DNA of 57,322 bases. Source: an uncultured Dehalococcoidia bacterium. Lineage in GTDB: Bacteria; Chloroflexota; Dehalococcoidia; UBA2247; RBG-13-53-26. The stretch spans positions 6,072-63,393 of the forward strand of contig CAYPDY010000001.1 of the NCBI GenBank assembly GCA_964409515.1, in the 5' to 3' direction. Under the pieces are notes generated by a model. The model made no database searches. It saw nothing but the letters and a program-made list of their open reading frames with translations, and had not been told where the DNA came from. Position 1 is the stretch's first letter; every line of letters begins with the position of its first letter. A program made the position numbers and the translations under genes. Shown in pieces: positions 16,153 to 24,345 of this stretch.

Positions 16153-16428
16153 TTGCAGGCCAGAGAGGGGGTGAGGGAAGTGAGGAAGAGGCAGTGTTCC
16201 CATCATTGGATGATTGACTTTGCCGTGGGGCCCCTGAGCAAGGGGTCGTGCAAGGTGTGCGGGGAAGAGAGGCTGTTCAGGAACAATCTTATGTGGTCTG
16301 AGGTTGCGCCGCTGGGAGCCATGAACGACCGGCGCGAAGCAGGTGCGGGCCCGGATCTGCCGCCTCGTAACAGGTGCCGTCCGTTTATGCTGCCGCGAGG
16401 GAACGGCGGGAAATCCCTGGCCCTGTAG
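16153..16428 (+). CDS. small Cys/His protein, paralog of 10992..11195
   Basis: RQCSHHWMIDFAVGPLSKGSCKVCGEERLFRNN. The true start is probably GTG 16171 or 16180, after the purine-rich GAGAGGGGGTGAGGGAA. Confidence 0.5.
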   Translation: MQAREGVREVRKRQCSHHWMIDFAVGPLSKGSCKVCGEERLFRNNLMWSEVAPLGAMNDRREAGAGPDLPPRNRCRPFMLPRGNGGKSLAL

Positions 16429-16438
16429 TTGAGGGATC

Positions 16439-16918
16439 TCACGCGGCTCGAGCGGGAGCCGCCTTCTGTCTCAGTACAGCCGAACCACCCAGACTGAGCG
16501 CCACGCCCACAATGATCATGAATACCCCGACGGCGAGCACGACCGTAGTGACGCCGAAGCCCGCCACCGAGAGATACAGGTAGTTCTCCATGTTCAGCGC
16601 CTGCATGTACCTGATCTGGGTTGGATTTGCCGGATCAAACGGCTGACCACCCAGGAGATCGTTGTAGGTCGGGGCTATCTTCTGGCGATGTGCCCTGATG
16701 GTGTCAGCTGCCTTCTGCGCTTCAGCGGCACTGTCGACCACTTCGCCCCGGGCGACGGCTTCATCGGAGAGGCCCAGGGTGATGTTCTCCTGGCGCATCG
16801 CATCCTTCATCCAGTTGGATTTGACCTGTGCCTCAACCACGAAGCCTATCCCGATCCCCATGCTTGCCAGGCCAATCGCCAGAACTGCTACTGCCACCCA
16901 GCGATTCAATCCAGACAT
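16439..16918 (-). CDS. two-TM membrane protein (hypothetical)
   Basis: Trimmed to MSGLNRWVAVAVLAIGLASMGIGIGFVV (GAGGAGGAAAGGGAC before the ATG). C-terminal TM is GFGVTTVVLAVGVFMIIVGVAL. Confidence 0.6.
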   Translation of the reverse strand: MSGLNRWVAVAVLAIGLASMGIGIGFVVEAQVKSNWMKDAMRQENITLGLSDEAVARGEVVDSAAEAQKAADTIRAHRQKIAPTYNDLLGGQPFDPANPTQIRYMQALNMENYLYLSVAGFGVTTVVLAVGVFMIIVGVALSLGGSAVLRQKAAPARAA

Positions 16919-17190
16919 GTCCCTTTCCTCCTCATCGTCAGAATCTCGCTGTGACCTGTACTGAACTGACAGGCGTGAGGACATTCTCCCCAATCCGGCC
17001 CCGAGGCGCCATTCGGATACGTACTTAGCTCCGGGCTGTGTGCCGTACTTACCCTCCTTGCCGTCCAGGGCGCAATCAGTCGGCTCCACACTGTGCCGCT
17101 AAGCATGACTACGTATTGTCTGTCTGGTCCGGAGACTGTACCGTTGGGGGTGCAGGTTGGTGGCCTCCAATTCTCGATGAGGGGTGCGAC

Positions 17191-17400
17191 GTGAAAGTGA
17201 AGGTGGACAGAGGACTGTGCACTGGCGTCGGCAACTGCGTGGCGCTGGCCCCGGGTGTCTTCAGGCTGGATGAGACGAAGAAAGCGGTGGCCGTCCAGGC
17301 TCCCTCCGTAGAGGACCAGACACTCTGGGACGCCGCCCAGAGCTGCCCGGAGAACGCCATCATCCTGGAGGACGACGAAGGACGCCAGTTGTACCCGTAG
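17191..17400 (+). CDS. small ferredoxin (C-x5-C ... CP, three-Cys [3Fe-4S]-type pattern)
   Basis: GTG start after GAGGGG. VKVKVDRGLCTGVGNCVALAPGVFRLDE...AAQSCPENAIILED. Confidence 0.75.
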   Translation: MKVKVDRGLCTGVGNCVALAPGVFRLDETKKAVAVQAPSVEDQTLWDAAQSCPENAIILEDDEGRQLYP

Positions 17401-17434
17401 GTGCTCAATTAGAGGATAAGACGAGGTGTTGGCC

Positions 17435-17881
17435 ATGAAGCTCGAGGTGCCGCAGTCGCTGAGGTCGGAGCATGAAGAGCTGCACGCTGAGCTCAAGCAA
17501 GCCGCCAGCGAGGCTGGCGATGTTGGCCAGGCCGCGCAGGCAGTGGACAGGGCCCTCCGCCCGCATTTCATCAAGGAGGAAGAGTACGCCCTGCCGCCCC
17601 TCGGACTGCTGTCCTCTCTGGCGCAAGGAATCGTCGCCGGTGATACCGAGGCGGCCCTCGAAATGGCCGGCCGGCTGAAGAGGGATCTGGGGCAGATGCT
17701 CGAGGAGCACAGGACGATAGTCGCCCGGCTTGAAGGCCTCACCGAGGCATCGAGGAAAGGTAACAAGCCGGAGTACGTCCGCTTTGCCGAGAAGCTGGTG
17801 CTCCACGCCCGGATGGAGGAAGAAGTGCTTTACCCGGCCGCGATACTTGTCGGCGAGTACCTCAGGACGAAAAGAAGATGA
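17435..17881 (+). CDS. hemerythrin-like (HHE cation-binding) domain protein
   Basis: SEHEELHAELK, RPHFIKEEEYALPPL, LEEHRTIV and VLHARMEEEVLYPAA. Confidence 0.7.
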   Translation: MKLEVPQSLRSEHEELHAELKQAASEAGDVGQAAQAVDRALRPHFIKEEEYALPPLGLLSSLAQGIVAGDTEAALEMAGRLKRDLGQMLEEHRTIVARLEGLTEASRKGNKPEYVRFAEKLVLHARMEEEVLYPAAILVGEYLRTKRR

Positions 17882-17889
17882 AGAAGCTG

Positions 17890-18672
17890 CTACTGCAGAT
17901 AGAGGTCCCGGCGCCGGTCCGCAAAGACGGGCATCGCAGCCCTCACCTCATCGACCCTGCCCTTGCTGACCTCGGCGACGAGGAGCTGTTCCCCGGCTTC
18001 CGGCGCCGAACCGAGGATCACGCCGTAGGGATCGATGACCCGGCTGGAACCGCAGAACTGGAGACTGCCATCCGATCCCGCCCGGTTGGCGCCGATGACG
18101 TACAGCTGATTCTCGATGGCCCGGCCGGCCAGCAGCGTGCACCAGTGATTGATCCTGGCGGATGGCCAGGCTGACGGCACCACGATCACCTCTGCTCCTT
18201 TCAGGGCCAGGGACCGGGCCATCTCGGGGAAGCGAATGTCATAGCAGAGCATGATGCCCCACTGCAGACCCTCGATAGTGGTCAGGGTCAGCGATTCCCC
18301 GCGCTTCAGGAAGCGCGGCTCGCGGGCCAGGGTGAACAGGTGCGCCTTGCGGTAGCGGGCCGCCAGCCGCCCGCTTCGATCCACGACGGCCGCGGAGTTG
18401 TAGACGTCGTTCCGTTCCCGCTCGGAGAGGCCGCAGACGATCCAGATGCCCAGCCGGGAGGCCGCTTCCTGGAGGTGCTGCAGGGGCCCGGATTCCCATC
18501 CCGAGGCCTTCTCGACGATGGTCTTCATGTCATAGCCGGTGTCGGCCATCTCCGGAAAGACCACGGCGTCGCATCCCGCCTCGCTGGCCTGCTTCGCCAG
18601 GCGCTGCATGGTGCCGCAGTTGGCGGCCACGTTCCCCACCTCGCAAATCATCTGGGCCAAAGCTACTCTCAT
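17890..18672 (-). CDS. carbon-nitrogen hydrolase (nitrilase superfamily amidohydrolase)
   Basis: MRVALAQM...AVVFPEMADTGY (Glu), RYRKAHLF (Lys), MLCYDIRFPE (Cys). Confidence 0.9.
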   Translation of the reverse strand: MRVALAQMICEVGNVAANCGTMQRLAKQASEAGCDAVVFPEMADTGYDMKTIVEKASGWESGPLQHLQEAASRLGIWIVCGLSERERNDVYNSAAVVDRSGRLAARYRKAHLFTLAREPRFLKRGESLTLTTIEGLQWGIMLCYDIRFPEMARSLALKGAEVIVVPSAWPSARINHWCTLLAGRAIENQLYVIGANRAGSDGSLQFCGSSRVIDPYGVILGSAPEAGEQLLVAEVSKGRVDEVRAAMPVFADRRRDLYLQ

Positions 18673-18710
18673 CTGGGCCTATCTCCTTGCCCGGCCGCGA
18701 TGGCCGCCCT

Positions 18711-19274
18711 CTAGTCCCCTTCTTCCTCTTCCTCGGCCAACAACCGGTTTCTAAAGAGGAGAGCAGCCCTGTTGTCGAAGCTCATCACACCCATCATATA
18801 GAAGTGCTTCCTCAGATCAGCGTCCGCTGGTGAGCCGATGAAGCATATGGTGCTGTGATTCTCGGGGTTGGAGAACCAGAGCATGATGTGGGAATCCCTC
18901 ATGCCGAAGTACCACCGGGCATCGTTGTCCCTCAGCCATTCTATCAACTGGTACTCGTTAACCGGAGGCAGTACCAGAACGCAGTCGACATCGCGATTGG
19001 CCGCCCTGATGGCTGCCAGCCTAATCAAGGCCTCGAGGGCCTGGTCCAGGTTGTCGCGAACGAAGCCCACAACTTCGAAAGCGGACGCGCCGCTGGTGCG
19101 CTTCGCTCGAAAATCCGGCTCGACCAGGCCCATGTACTTCGTGGCCTTGATGGTGTACCCGGCATGCTTCAGAAGCTGTTCCGTCTGAGTGCGGACCTCA
19201 GCCCTGCTGAAGACGTAGTGGCGGAACTCGCCTTCACTGATTCTCTGTCCAGGTTGCTCTGTATTGTCTGTCAT
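18711..19274 (-). CDS. hypothetical protein with acidic C-terminus
   Basis: Trimmed to MTDNTEQPGQ. I recognised no family. GYTIKATKYMGLVEPDFRAKR...FEVVGFV is faintly endonuclease-like but lacks a clear (D/E)xK. Confidence 0.6.
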   Translation of the reverse strand: MTDNTEQPGQRISEGEFRHYVFSRAEVRTQTEQLLKHAGYTIKATKYMGLVEPDFRAKRTSGASAFEVVGFVRDNLDQALEALIRLAAIRAANRDVDCVLVLPPVNEYQLIEWLRDNDARWYFGMRDSHIMLWFSNPENHSTICFIGSPADADLRKHFYMMGVMSFDNRAALLFRNRLLAEEEEEGD

Positions 19275-19427
19275 GGTTCCCCCGGGCTGAGCAGATTGTA
19301 GCACCTGAACCGGGCCGGTCTCCAGGGGCACACGCCGGTCACTTCGCCCATGGCAGCCGCGGCCCTGGAAATGGTACAACTATGGCAGGCCCATGACCGC
19401 CTGGTCTGTTGGTGGAGCTAAGGCAGG

Positions 19428-21371
19428 ATGAAATCGCCACATCATGGATATGCCGGGCGGATTCTGACGGTCGATCTCTCGTCCAGGACGACCGGGGATC
19501 TGCCCACCCGGGACTATGCTCCCGAGTTCGTGGGGGGTCGGGGCATCGCGGCCAGGCTGTACTGGGACCGGGTGCCTGCTGCCGCGGGCGCTCTCGACCC
19601 CCGGAACGCGCTCATCCTGGCCACCGGTCCCCTGGCGGGGGCGCCGCTCATCGGAGGATCGCGGTGGGTGGCCTGCGCCCGATCCCCGGCCCTGTATCCG
19701 GAGTACTTCACCTGTGCCAACCTGGGCGGCAACCTGGGCCTGAGGCTCAAGTCTGCCGGGTATGATGCCCTGTTTGTCCAGGGCCAGGCGGAACGTCCCG
19801 TCTACCTGGTGATCAGTGACGGCCGGGTTGAGTTCAAGGATGCCTTGGAGTACTGGGGCCTGGGCACCATCAAGACCAAGGAGCTTCTGGGGAGGGAGTG
19901 GGGGGAAGCGGCGTCCGTGCTGACCATCGGCCCCGCCGGCGAGAACCTGGCGGTCATGGCCGTGCTCTCGGCCGACCACGATGCCACCGGCGCCGGGGGG
20001 CTGGGGGCGGTGATGGGTGCGAAGAGGCTGAAGGCTGTTGTGGTCAGGGCCGGCCTGAGGCGGATCGAACCGGCCCACCCGGAGAGGCTCCGGGAGCTGA
20101 CCCGCCACTTCGCCGGCCTGGGCACCGAGATGATGTCCGTGGTGGGGAACATGGAGTTCCGCATCACCGGGCCCCAGACCCGGAAGGCGCCGTGCTATGG
20201 CTGTTTGGGCCACTGCCTGCGGCGGACCTACGAGGCCCGGGACGGCGACCGGGGCAAGTTCATGTGCCAGCCGGCCACCTTCTACCGGCCCATGGCCGAG
20301 GCCTACTACGGTCCCGGGCTGGACGTGCCGTTCCACGCGGTCCGGCTCTGTGATGACTACGGACTGGACACCATGGCCGCCTCCATGATAGTGCTCTGGC
20401 TGCACCGCTGCCTGAAGGCCGGGATCCTCAGCGACGAAGAAACCGGGATCCCCCTGACCAGGCTGGGCAGCCTGGAGTTCATAGAGGGCCTGGTGCGCAA
20501 GATTTCACTGCGGCAGGGGTTTGGCGGCCTCCTGGCCCGGGGGCTGCTGGAGGCGGCCGACCAGGTAGGACCGGCGGCCAGGGACCAGATCGGCGGCTTC
20601 CTCTCAAAGGCCGGGCAGCCCAACGTGGCAGACCCCCGGCTCTATGTTACCTCCGAGCTGCTCCACGCCACAGAGCCCGCCCCGTCCCGTCCCCAGCTGC
20701 GGGAGGTCAGCGTGGTGGTGACCCGCTGGGTGGCCTGGCTGAAGCACCAGGAGGGCGGCTATGTGTCCCCTGACGTGGTGCGGCGCATAGCGCAGCGGTT
20801 CTGGGGCGGGGAGGCGGCGGCCGATTTCTCAACCCATGAAGGCAAGGCGCTGGCGGCCAAGATCATACAGGACCGGGAGTACGCCAAGGACTGCCTAGTC
20901 CTCTGTAGTTTCTTCTGGCCGGCCCTCGATGCTGCTAACTCTGACGACCACGCCGGCGACCCTGGCCTGGAGAGCCGGCTCCTTTCCGCGGTGACGGGTC
21001 GGGAGGCAGGTGAAGAGGATCTCTGCCGGACGGGCGAGCGCGTCTTCAACCTGCAGAGGGCGATAATGGTCAGGGAAGGCCACCGGGGTAGAGACGAGGA
21101 CCAGCTGCCCGAGACCTGGTTTACCAGGCCCTTGAGGAGCGACCCCACCAACCCGGAGTGCCTGGTGCCGGGCCGGAACGGCGAGCCTTTGTCCCGCAAG
21201 GGCGCGGTGGTGGACCGGGCCGCATTCGAGAAGAGCCGGGAGGAGTACTATCGCCTCAGGGGTTGGGACCCGGCCGCCGGCCAGCCGACCAGGGAGCGGT
21301 TGGAACGGCTGGGCCTGCCGGACGCGGCCGCTGCCGCGGGCCTGCCGCCGGAGCCTCCGGCGGGCCATTGA
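19428..21371 (+). CDS. aldehyde:ferredoxin oxidoreductase (AOR) family tungsto/molybdopterin enzyme
   Basis: GYAGRILTVDLSS..., GGRGIAARLYWD, ATGPLAG, NLGGNLGLRLKSAGYDALFVQG, TIGPAGENLAVMAV, GAVMGAKRLKAVVV. Confidence 0.9.
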   Translation: MKSPHHGYAGRILTVDLSSRTTGDLPTRDYAPEFVGGRGIAARLYWDRVPAAAGALDPRNALILATGPLAGAPLIGGSRWVACARSPALYPEYFTCANLGGNLGLRLKSAGYDALFVQGQAERPVYLVISDGRVEFKDALEYWGLGTIKTKELLGREWGEAASVLTIGPAGENLAVMAVLSADHDATGAGGLGAVMGAKRLKAVVVRAGLRRIEPAHPERLRELTRHFAGLGTEMMSVVGNMEFRITGPQTRKAPCYGCLGHCLRRTYEARDGDRGKFMCQPATFYRPMAEAYYGPGLDVPFHAVRLCDDYGLDTMAASMIVLWLHRCLKAGILSDEETGIPLTRLGSLEFIEGLVRKISLRQGFGGLLARGLLEAADQVGPAARDQIGGFLSKAGQPNVADPRLYVTSELLHATEPAPSRPQLREVSVVVTRWVAWLKHQEGGYVSPDVVRRIAQRFWGGEAAADFSTHEGKALAAKIIQDREYAKDCLVLCSFFWPALDAANSDDHAGDPGLESRLLSAVTGREAGEEDLCRTGERVFNLQRAIMVREGHRGRDEDQLPETWFTRPLRSDPTNPECLVPGRNGEPLSRKGAVVDRAAFEKSREEYYRLRGWDPAAGQPTRERLERLGLPDAAAAAGLPPEPPAGH

Positions 21372-21398
21372 CGGTCTCCGCGGCCGCCGCCAGCGGGC

Positions 21399-22109
21399 TC
21401 ACGCCCGCCACAGCCGAACACCGAAGCGGAAGAGGCGGCGCCAGCTTCTGGCGATGCGCCACCACAGTGGGGTCTTGGGGTAGTTCCCGGCGAAAGAGCT
21501 CACCTTCTGATGCCCCTCTGACTGCACCGGCGGCCCATGACCGAAACAGCAGACCCTGAACTCCAGCCCGGCCAGTCTCTCCAGTGACCGCTCTGACTGG
21601 CCGCGGTCACTCCCGAACGGCAGCGGCCGGCTGAGACGGTCTTCGTTATTGATGATGGTATCTCCGACAAAGAGCACCCGGTCCCTCTCCAGGAGCACAG
21701 ACACGCTGCCGGGGGTGTGCCCCGGCGTGTGGACCAGGCGCAGGCCGCCCAGGTAGGGGAGCACCTCCCCGTCCGTGACCGGCAGATCGATGCAGCCGGG
21801 GTTGAGGCCCCGCGCCGGCCTCCGCCTGCCCTCCCGGGCGCGGGCCAGTTCATCTCTGTGGGCCACCGTTCTGGCCCCGGTCAGGCGCTGCAGCTCCGCC
21901 GCGCTGCCGGCGTGGTCGATGTGCCAGTGGGTGAGAACGATGTGCTTCAGTTCCGCCGGGTCCCGGCCAAGTTCATGTATGAAGCAGAGTATGCGGGATG
22001 CGTTTCCCGGCATCCCGGTGTCGATCAGCGCCATCCGGTTGTCCGCGAGCAGGTAGACATTGCCCCCTCTGACGCCATCAACCAGGTATACCCCGGGTGC
22101 GATCTGCAT
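21399..22109 (-). CDS. MBL-fold metallo-hydrolase
   Basis: THWHIDHAG and HTPGHTPGS motifs. Start placed at MQIAPGVYLVDG (GGAGA SD). The alternative upstream ATG at 22166 has no SD. Confidence 0.85.
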   Translation of the reverse strand: MQIAPGVYLVDGVRGGNVYLLADNRMALIDTGMPGNASRILCFIHELGRDPAELKHIVLTHWHIDHAGSAAELQRLTGARTVAHRDELARAREGRRRPARGLNPGCIDLPVTDGEVLPYLGGLRLVHTPGHTPGSVSVLLERDRVLFVGDTIINNEDRLSRPLPFGSDRGQSERSLERLAGLEFRVCCFGHGPPVQSEGHQKVSSFAGNYPKTPLWWRIARSWRRLFRFGVRLWRA

Positions 22110-22396
22110 CTGTCTCCAGTCTACAGGATACCATCCGGGTGTCTGGCCAGGCGTTTGGCGAGACATACCACCGTGAGGGCCGGCGGCTGACCGGGCGCTT
22201 CGTGAAAGACGCTGGTGTCACAGCAGTAGAGGTTCCTTATCCGGGTCTGCAGATCAGTGTCCAGCATCCGGCCCACCGGCCATGGATGCGAAAGCACATG
22301 CGGGGGCTGGTGCCGCGCTTTGCCGAGGTCCATGTCCGTTGCTCCGTCGGCCGCCGACCGCTATCCCGCCCGGTGACAAAGGCATCAGGGGATGGA

Positions 22397-22432
22397 GAGG
22401 GGCACCGACCTTGCTGGAGGCCGGTGCCCCTC
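22397..22432 (-). terminator. 11-bp perfect hairpin (possible terminator of the 23506-to-22502 minus-strand unit)
   Basis: GAGGGGCACCG (22397-22407), 14-nt loop, CGGTGCCCCTC (22422-22432). No convincing U-tract. Confidence 0.3.
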
Positions 22433-22501
22433 CCTTGGACCGGGCAGGACATGTCAGAACCAGACAAAGGACATTCCGCTGCCCGGGGGGACGGGGTCGG
22501 A

Positions 22502-22726
22502 TCACAAGGCACCGGAGGAGGCCCATCCGGGTGCCTCGCTCATCCGGTCCAGGTCAGCCTGCAGGCCGTCGCTGTCATCATCGGTGAGGCGTGTGCCCCG
22601 ATAGGCAGGATAGCTCAGGCCGCCGCCGGCATCCCCGGCCAGCATGAACCCGGTGCGATGCCTCATGCCAAGCCGGGGGCGCCCCGCCACAACGGGGCGC
22701 CCTTGCGCTGTGTCTCCCTCAAGCAT
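22502..22726 (-). CDS. possible small protein (hypothetical)
   Basis: ATG lies 2 nt after the stop of the upstream membrane-protein gene. Third codon positions are mostly G/C. No recognisable domain. Low confidence. Confidence 0.25.
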   Translation of the reverse strand: MLEGDTAQGRPVVAGRPRLGMRHRTGFMLAGDAGGGLSYPAYRGTRLTDDDSDGLQADLDRMSEAPGWASSGAL

Positions 22727-22728
22727 GC

Positions 22729-23106
22729 CTATTCACCCGGCTTGGCGGTGGCGATCACGGCCTTGATGGCCACGATGATGGCCGCCGGGGCCATGAGCAG
22801 ACCGAAGCAGTAGACGATACCCTGCGTCTCGTTCGCCAGCGTCTCGTTCACATCAGCGACCGGCAGGAAGCCCCCCGCGAGTCCCCAGACGCTGATGACG
22901 ATCAGGGCGACGGCGGCGGTCAGCACGATGGCCGCCTCCTTGGCGGTGACGTTCAGCAGCCCGATGAGAATACCGGCGATCAGCAGGATCCAGATAACCC
23001 AGTCCTTCTCCGGGAGGACGTCACCACCCCAGATGCCGCCGATGATGGCGATGAGCACGCCGACCACGAACGCGATCTTGCCTACGAGTGCTAGAGCATT
23101 GGCCAT
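22729..23106 (-). CDS. four-TM membrane protein (hypothetical)
   Basis: MANALALVGKIAFVVGVLIAIIGGIWGG..., with four hydrophobic spans. GGAGGGGGAAAG SD region. Confidence 0.7.
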   Translation of the reverse strand: MANALALVGKIAFVVGVLIAIIGGIWGGDVLPEKDWVIWILLIAGILIGLLNVTAKEAAIVLTAAVALIVISVWGLAGGFLPVADVNETLANETQGIVYCFGLLMAPAAIIVAIKAVIATAKPGE

Positions 23107-23146
23107 TTCTTTCCCCCTCCTCTCGGCGCTTGAGCGCCTTTTGACA

Positions 23147-23506
23147 CTACCTTGTACGGCCGGGATCCGCCCGGTCGCCGTTGAACACTGGAATGCCCTC
23201 TGGCATCACGTGGGCGGCGACTGTGGCCGATTTCACAGAGGCCAGGGCGTGAGCGGCCAGCGCATCCAGGCTCTTCTGATCCGAGGCCTCCAGTGTCATT
23301 ATCACGCCGGGCTCCGCCCCTCCCCGATCCTCGTCTTCCACGTCCGCTCCCAACACCATGGCCTCCATTACGCCCGGCGTGTGGCTCAGCACGTGGGCCA
23401 CGTAGATGGAGAACCCATGCTTCACGTTCAACACCACGGACGCCCTGGCCATCTGTCCCGATCGTCCCACTGTGCGTGCGCTTGCTGAAGTTGCCAACAT
23501 CGACAT
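23147..23506 (-). CDS. hypothetical protein, possibly Lrp/AsnC-type ligand-binding (RAM-like) domain
   Basis: AGGAAGGAAAC before ATG 23506. ARASVVLNVKHGFSIYVAHVLSHTPGVMEAMVLGADVE...IMTLEASDQKSLDALA resembles the beta-alpha-beta-beta-alpha-beta pattern. The assignment is weak. Confidence 0.45.
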   Translation of the reverse strand: MSMLATSASARTVGRSGQMARASVVLNVKHGFSIYVAHVLSHTPGVMEAMVLGADVEDEDRGGAEPGVIMTLEASDQKSLDALAAHALASVKSATVAAHVMPEGIPVFNGDRADPGRTR

Positions 23507-23646
23507 GTTTCCTTCCTGTCGTATGTTATAGGGCCTGGCGGCTCAACAACATGTTGCTGTGGGGGGTGGAGTAGTCAACGAATTGTCAATAGCGGAGAGG
23601 TGCCCGGCAATGGGCATCCGTGGCCCCGGGGGAGTCCGGGCGCGAT

Positions 23647-24345
23647 TCAGAGGATGTTGAAGCGGTAGCCAACGCCGCTGATGCTCTCGATAACCTGTTG
23701 CCCGGCTCTCTCCAGGCGGAGCTTCTTGCGCAGCCGGCTGACGAACACGTGCAGGTACCGGAGCTCACTGCCGTACTCCGGGCCCCAGACACGGCCCAGC
23801 AGGTGGGTGTGGGTCAGCACCTTGCCGTTCTGCTGCGCCAGCTCCTGGAGCAGATTGAACTCGGTCGGCGTGAGCTTGACTTCCTCCCCGGCCACGGTCA
23901 CCCGGCGGCTCAGGAAGTCGATCTCCAGGTCGCCGCTGGCCAGCCTGGGGCATGATGGCGCGGGGAAGGTCATCTGGCTTCGCCTGAGCACCGCCCGCAC
24001 CCTGGCCAGGAGCTCCCGGGTGGAGAAGGGCTTGGTGATGTAGTCGTCGGCGCCTTCGTCCAGCCCCTTCACCTTGTCCTCGTCATGGGCCCTGGCCGTG
24101 ATGAGGATGACCGGGATCGTGGAGAAGCTGCGGATATGCTTGCATACCGCCATTCCGTCGACGCCCGGCAGCATGAGGTCCAGCAGCGCCAGGTCAAACT
24201 CCCCCTGCTCTACCATGCGGACCGCGGCATCGCCCGTCTCCGCCGTGGTGACCTCAAAGCCTTCCATCTCCAGCACCCGCCTGATCAGGCGCAGGAGCTC
24301 CTCATCGTCATCGACGGCCAGTACTCTAACAGCTTTCTGCGACAT
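23647..24345 (-). CDS. OmpR/PhoB-family response regulator
   Basis: VLAVDDDEELL, LALLDLMLPGVDG, VILITAR, DDYITKPF. Winged-helix C-terminus LTPTEFNLLQELAQQNGKVLTHTHLLGRVWG...YLHVFVSRLRKKL. Confidence 0.9.
   Translation of the reverse strand: MSQKAVRVLAVDDDEELLRLIRRVLEMEGFEVTTAETGDAAVRMVEQGEFDLALLDLMLPGVDGMAVCKHIRSFSTIPVILITARAHDEDKVKGLDEGADDYITKPFSTRELLARVRAVLRRSQMTFPAPSCPRLASGDLEIDFLSRRVTVAGEEVKLTPTEFNLLQELAQQNGKVLTHTHLLGRVWGPEYGSELRYLHVFVSRLRKKLRLERAGQQVIESISGVGYRFNIL

Noticed and set aside
19380-20405. 341-aa minus-strand ORF overlapping the AOR gene
   Set aside because: Shadow ORF. The AOR reading frame has family-specific motifs along its whole length.
22097-22813. 238-aa plus-strand ORF in the gene-poor region
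   Set aside because: It overlaps the start of the MBL gene and the end of the membrane-protein gene. It has low-complexity P/R/G/A composition and no SD.
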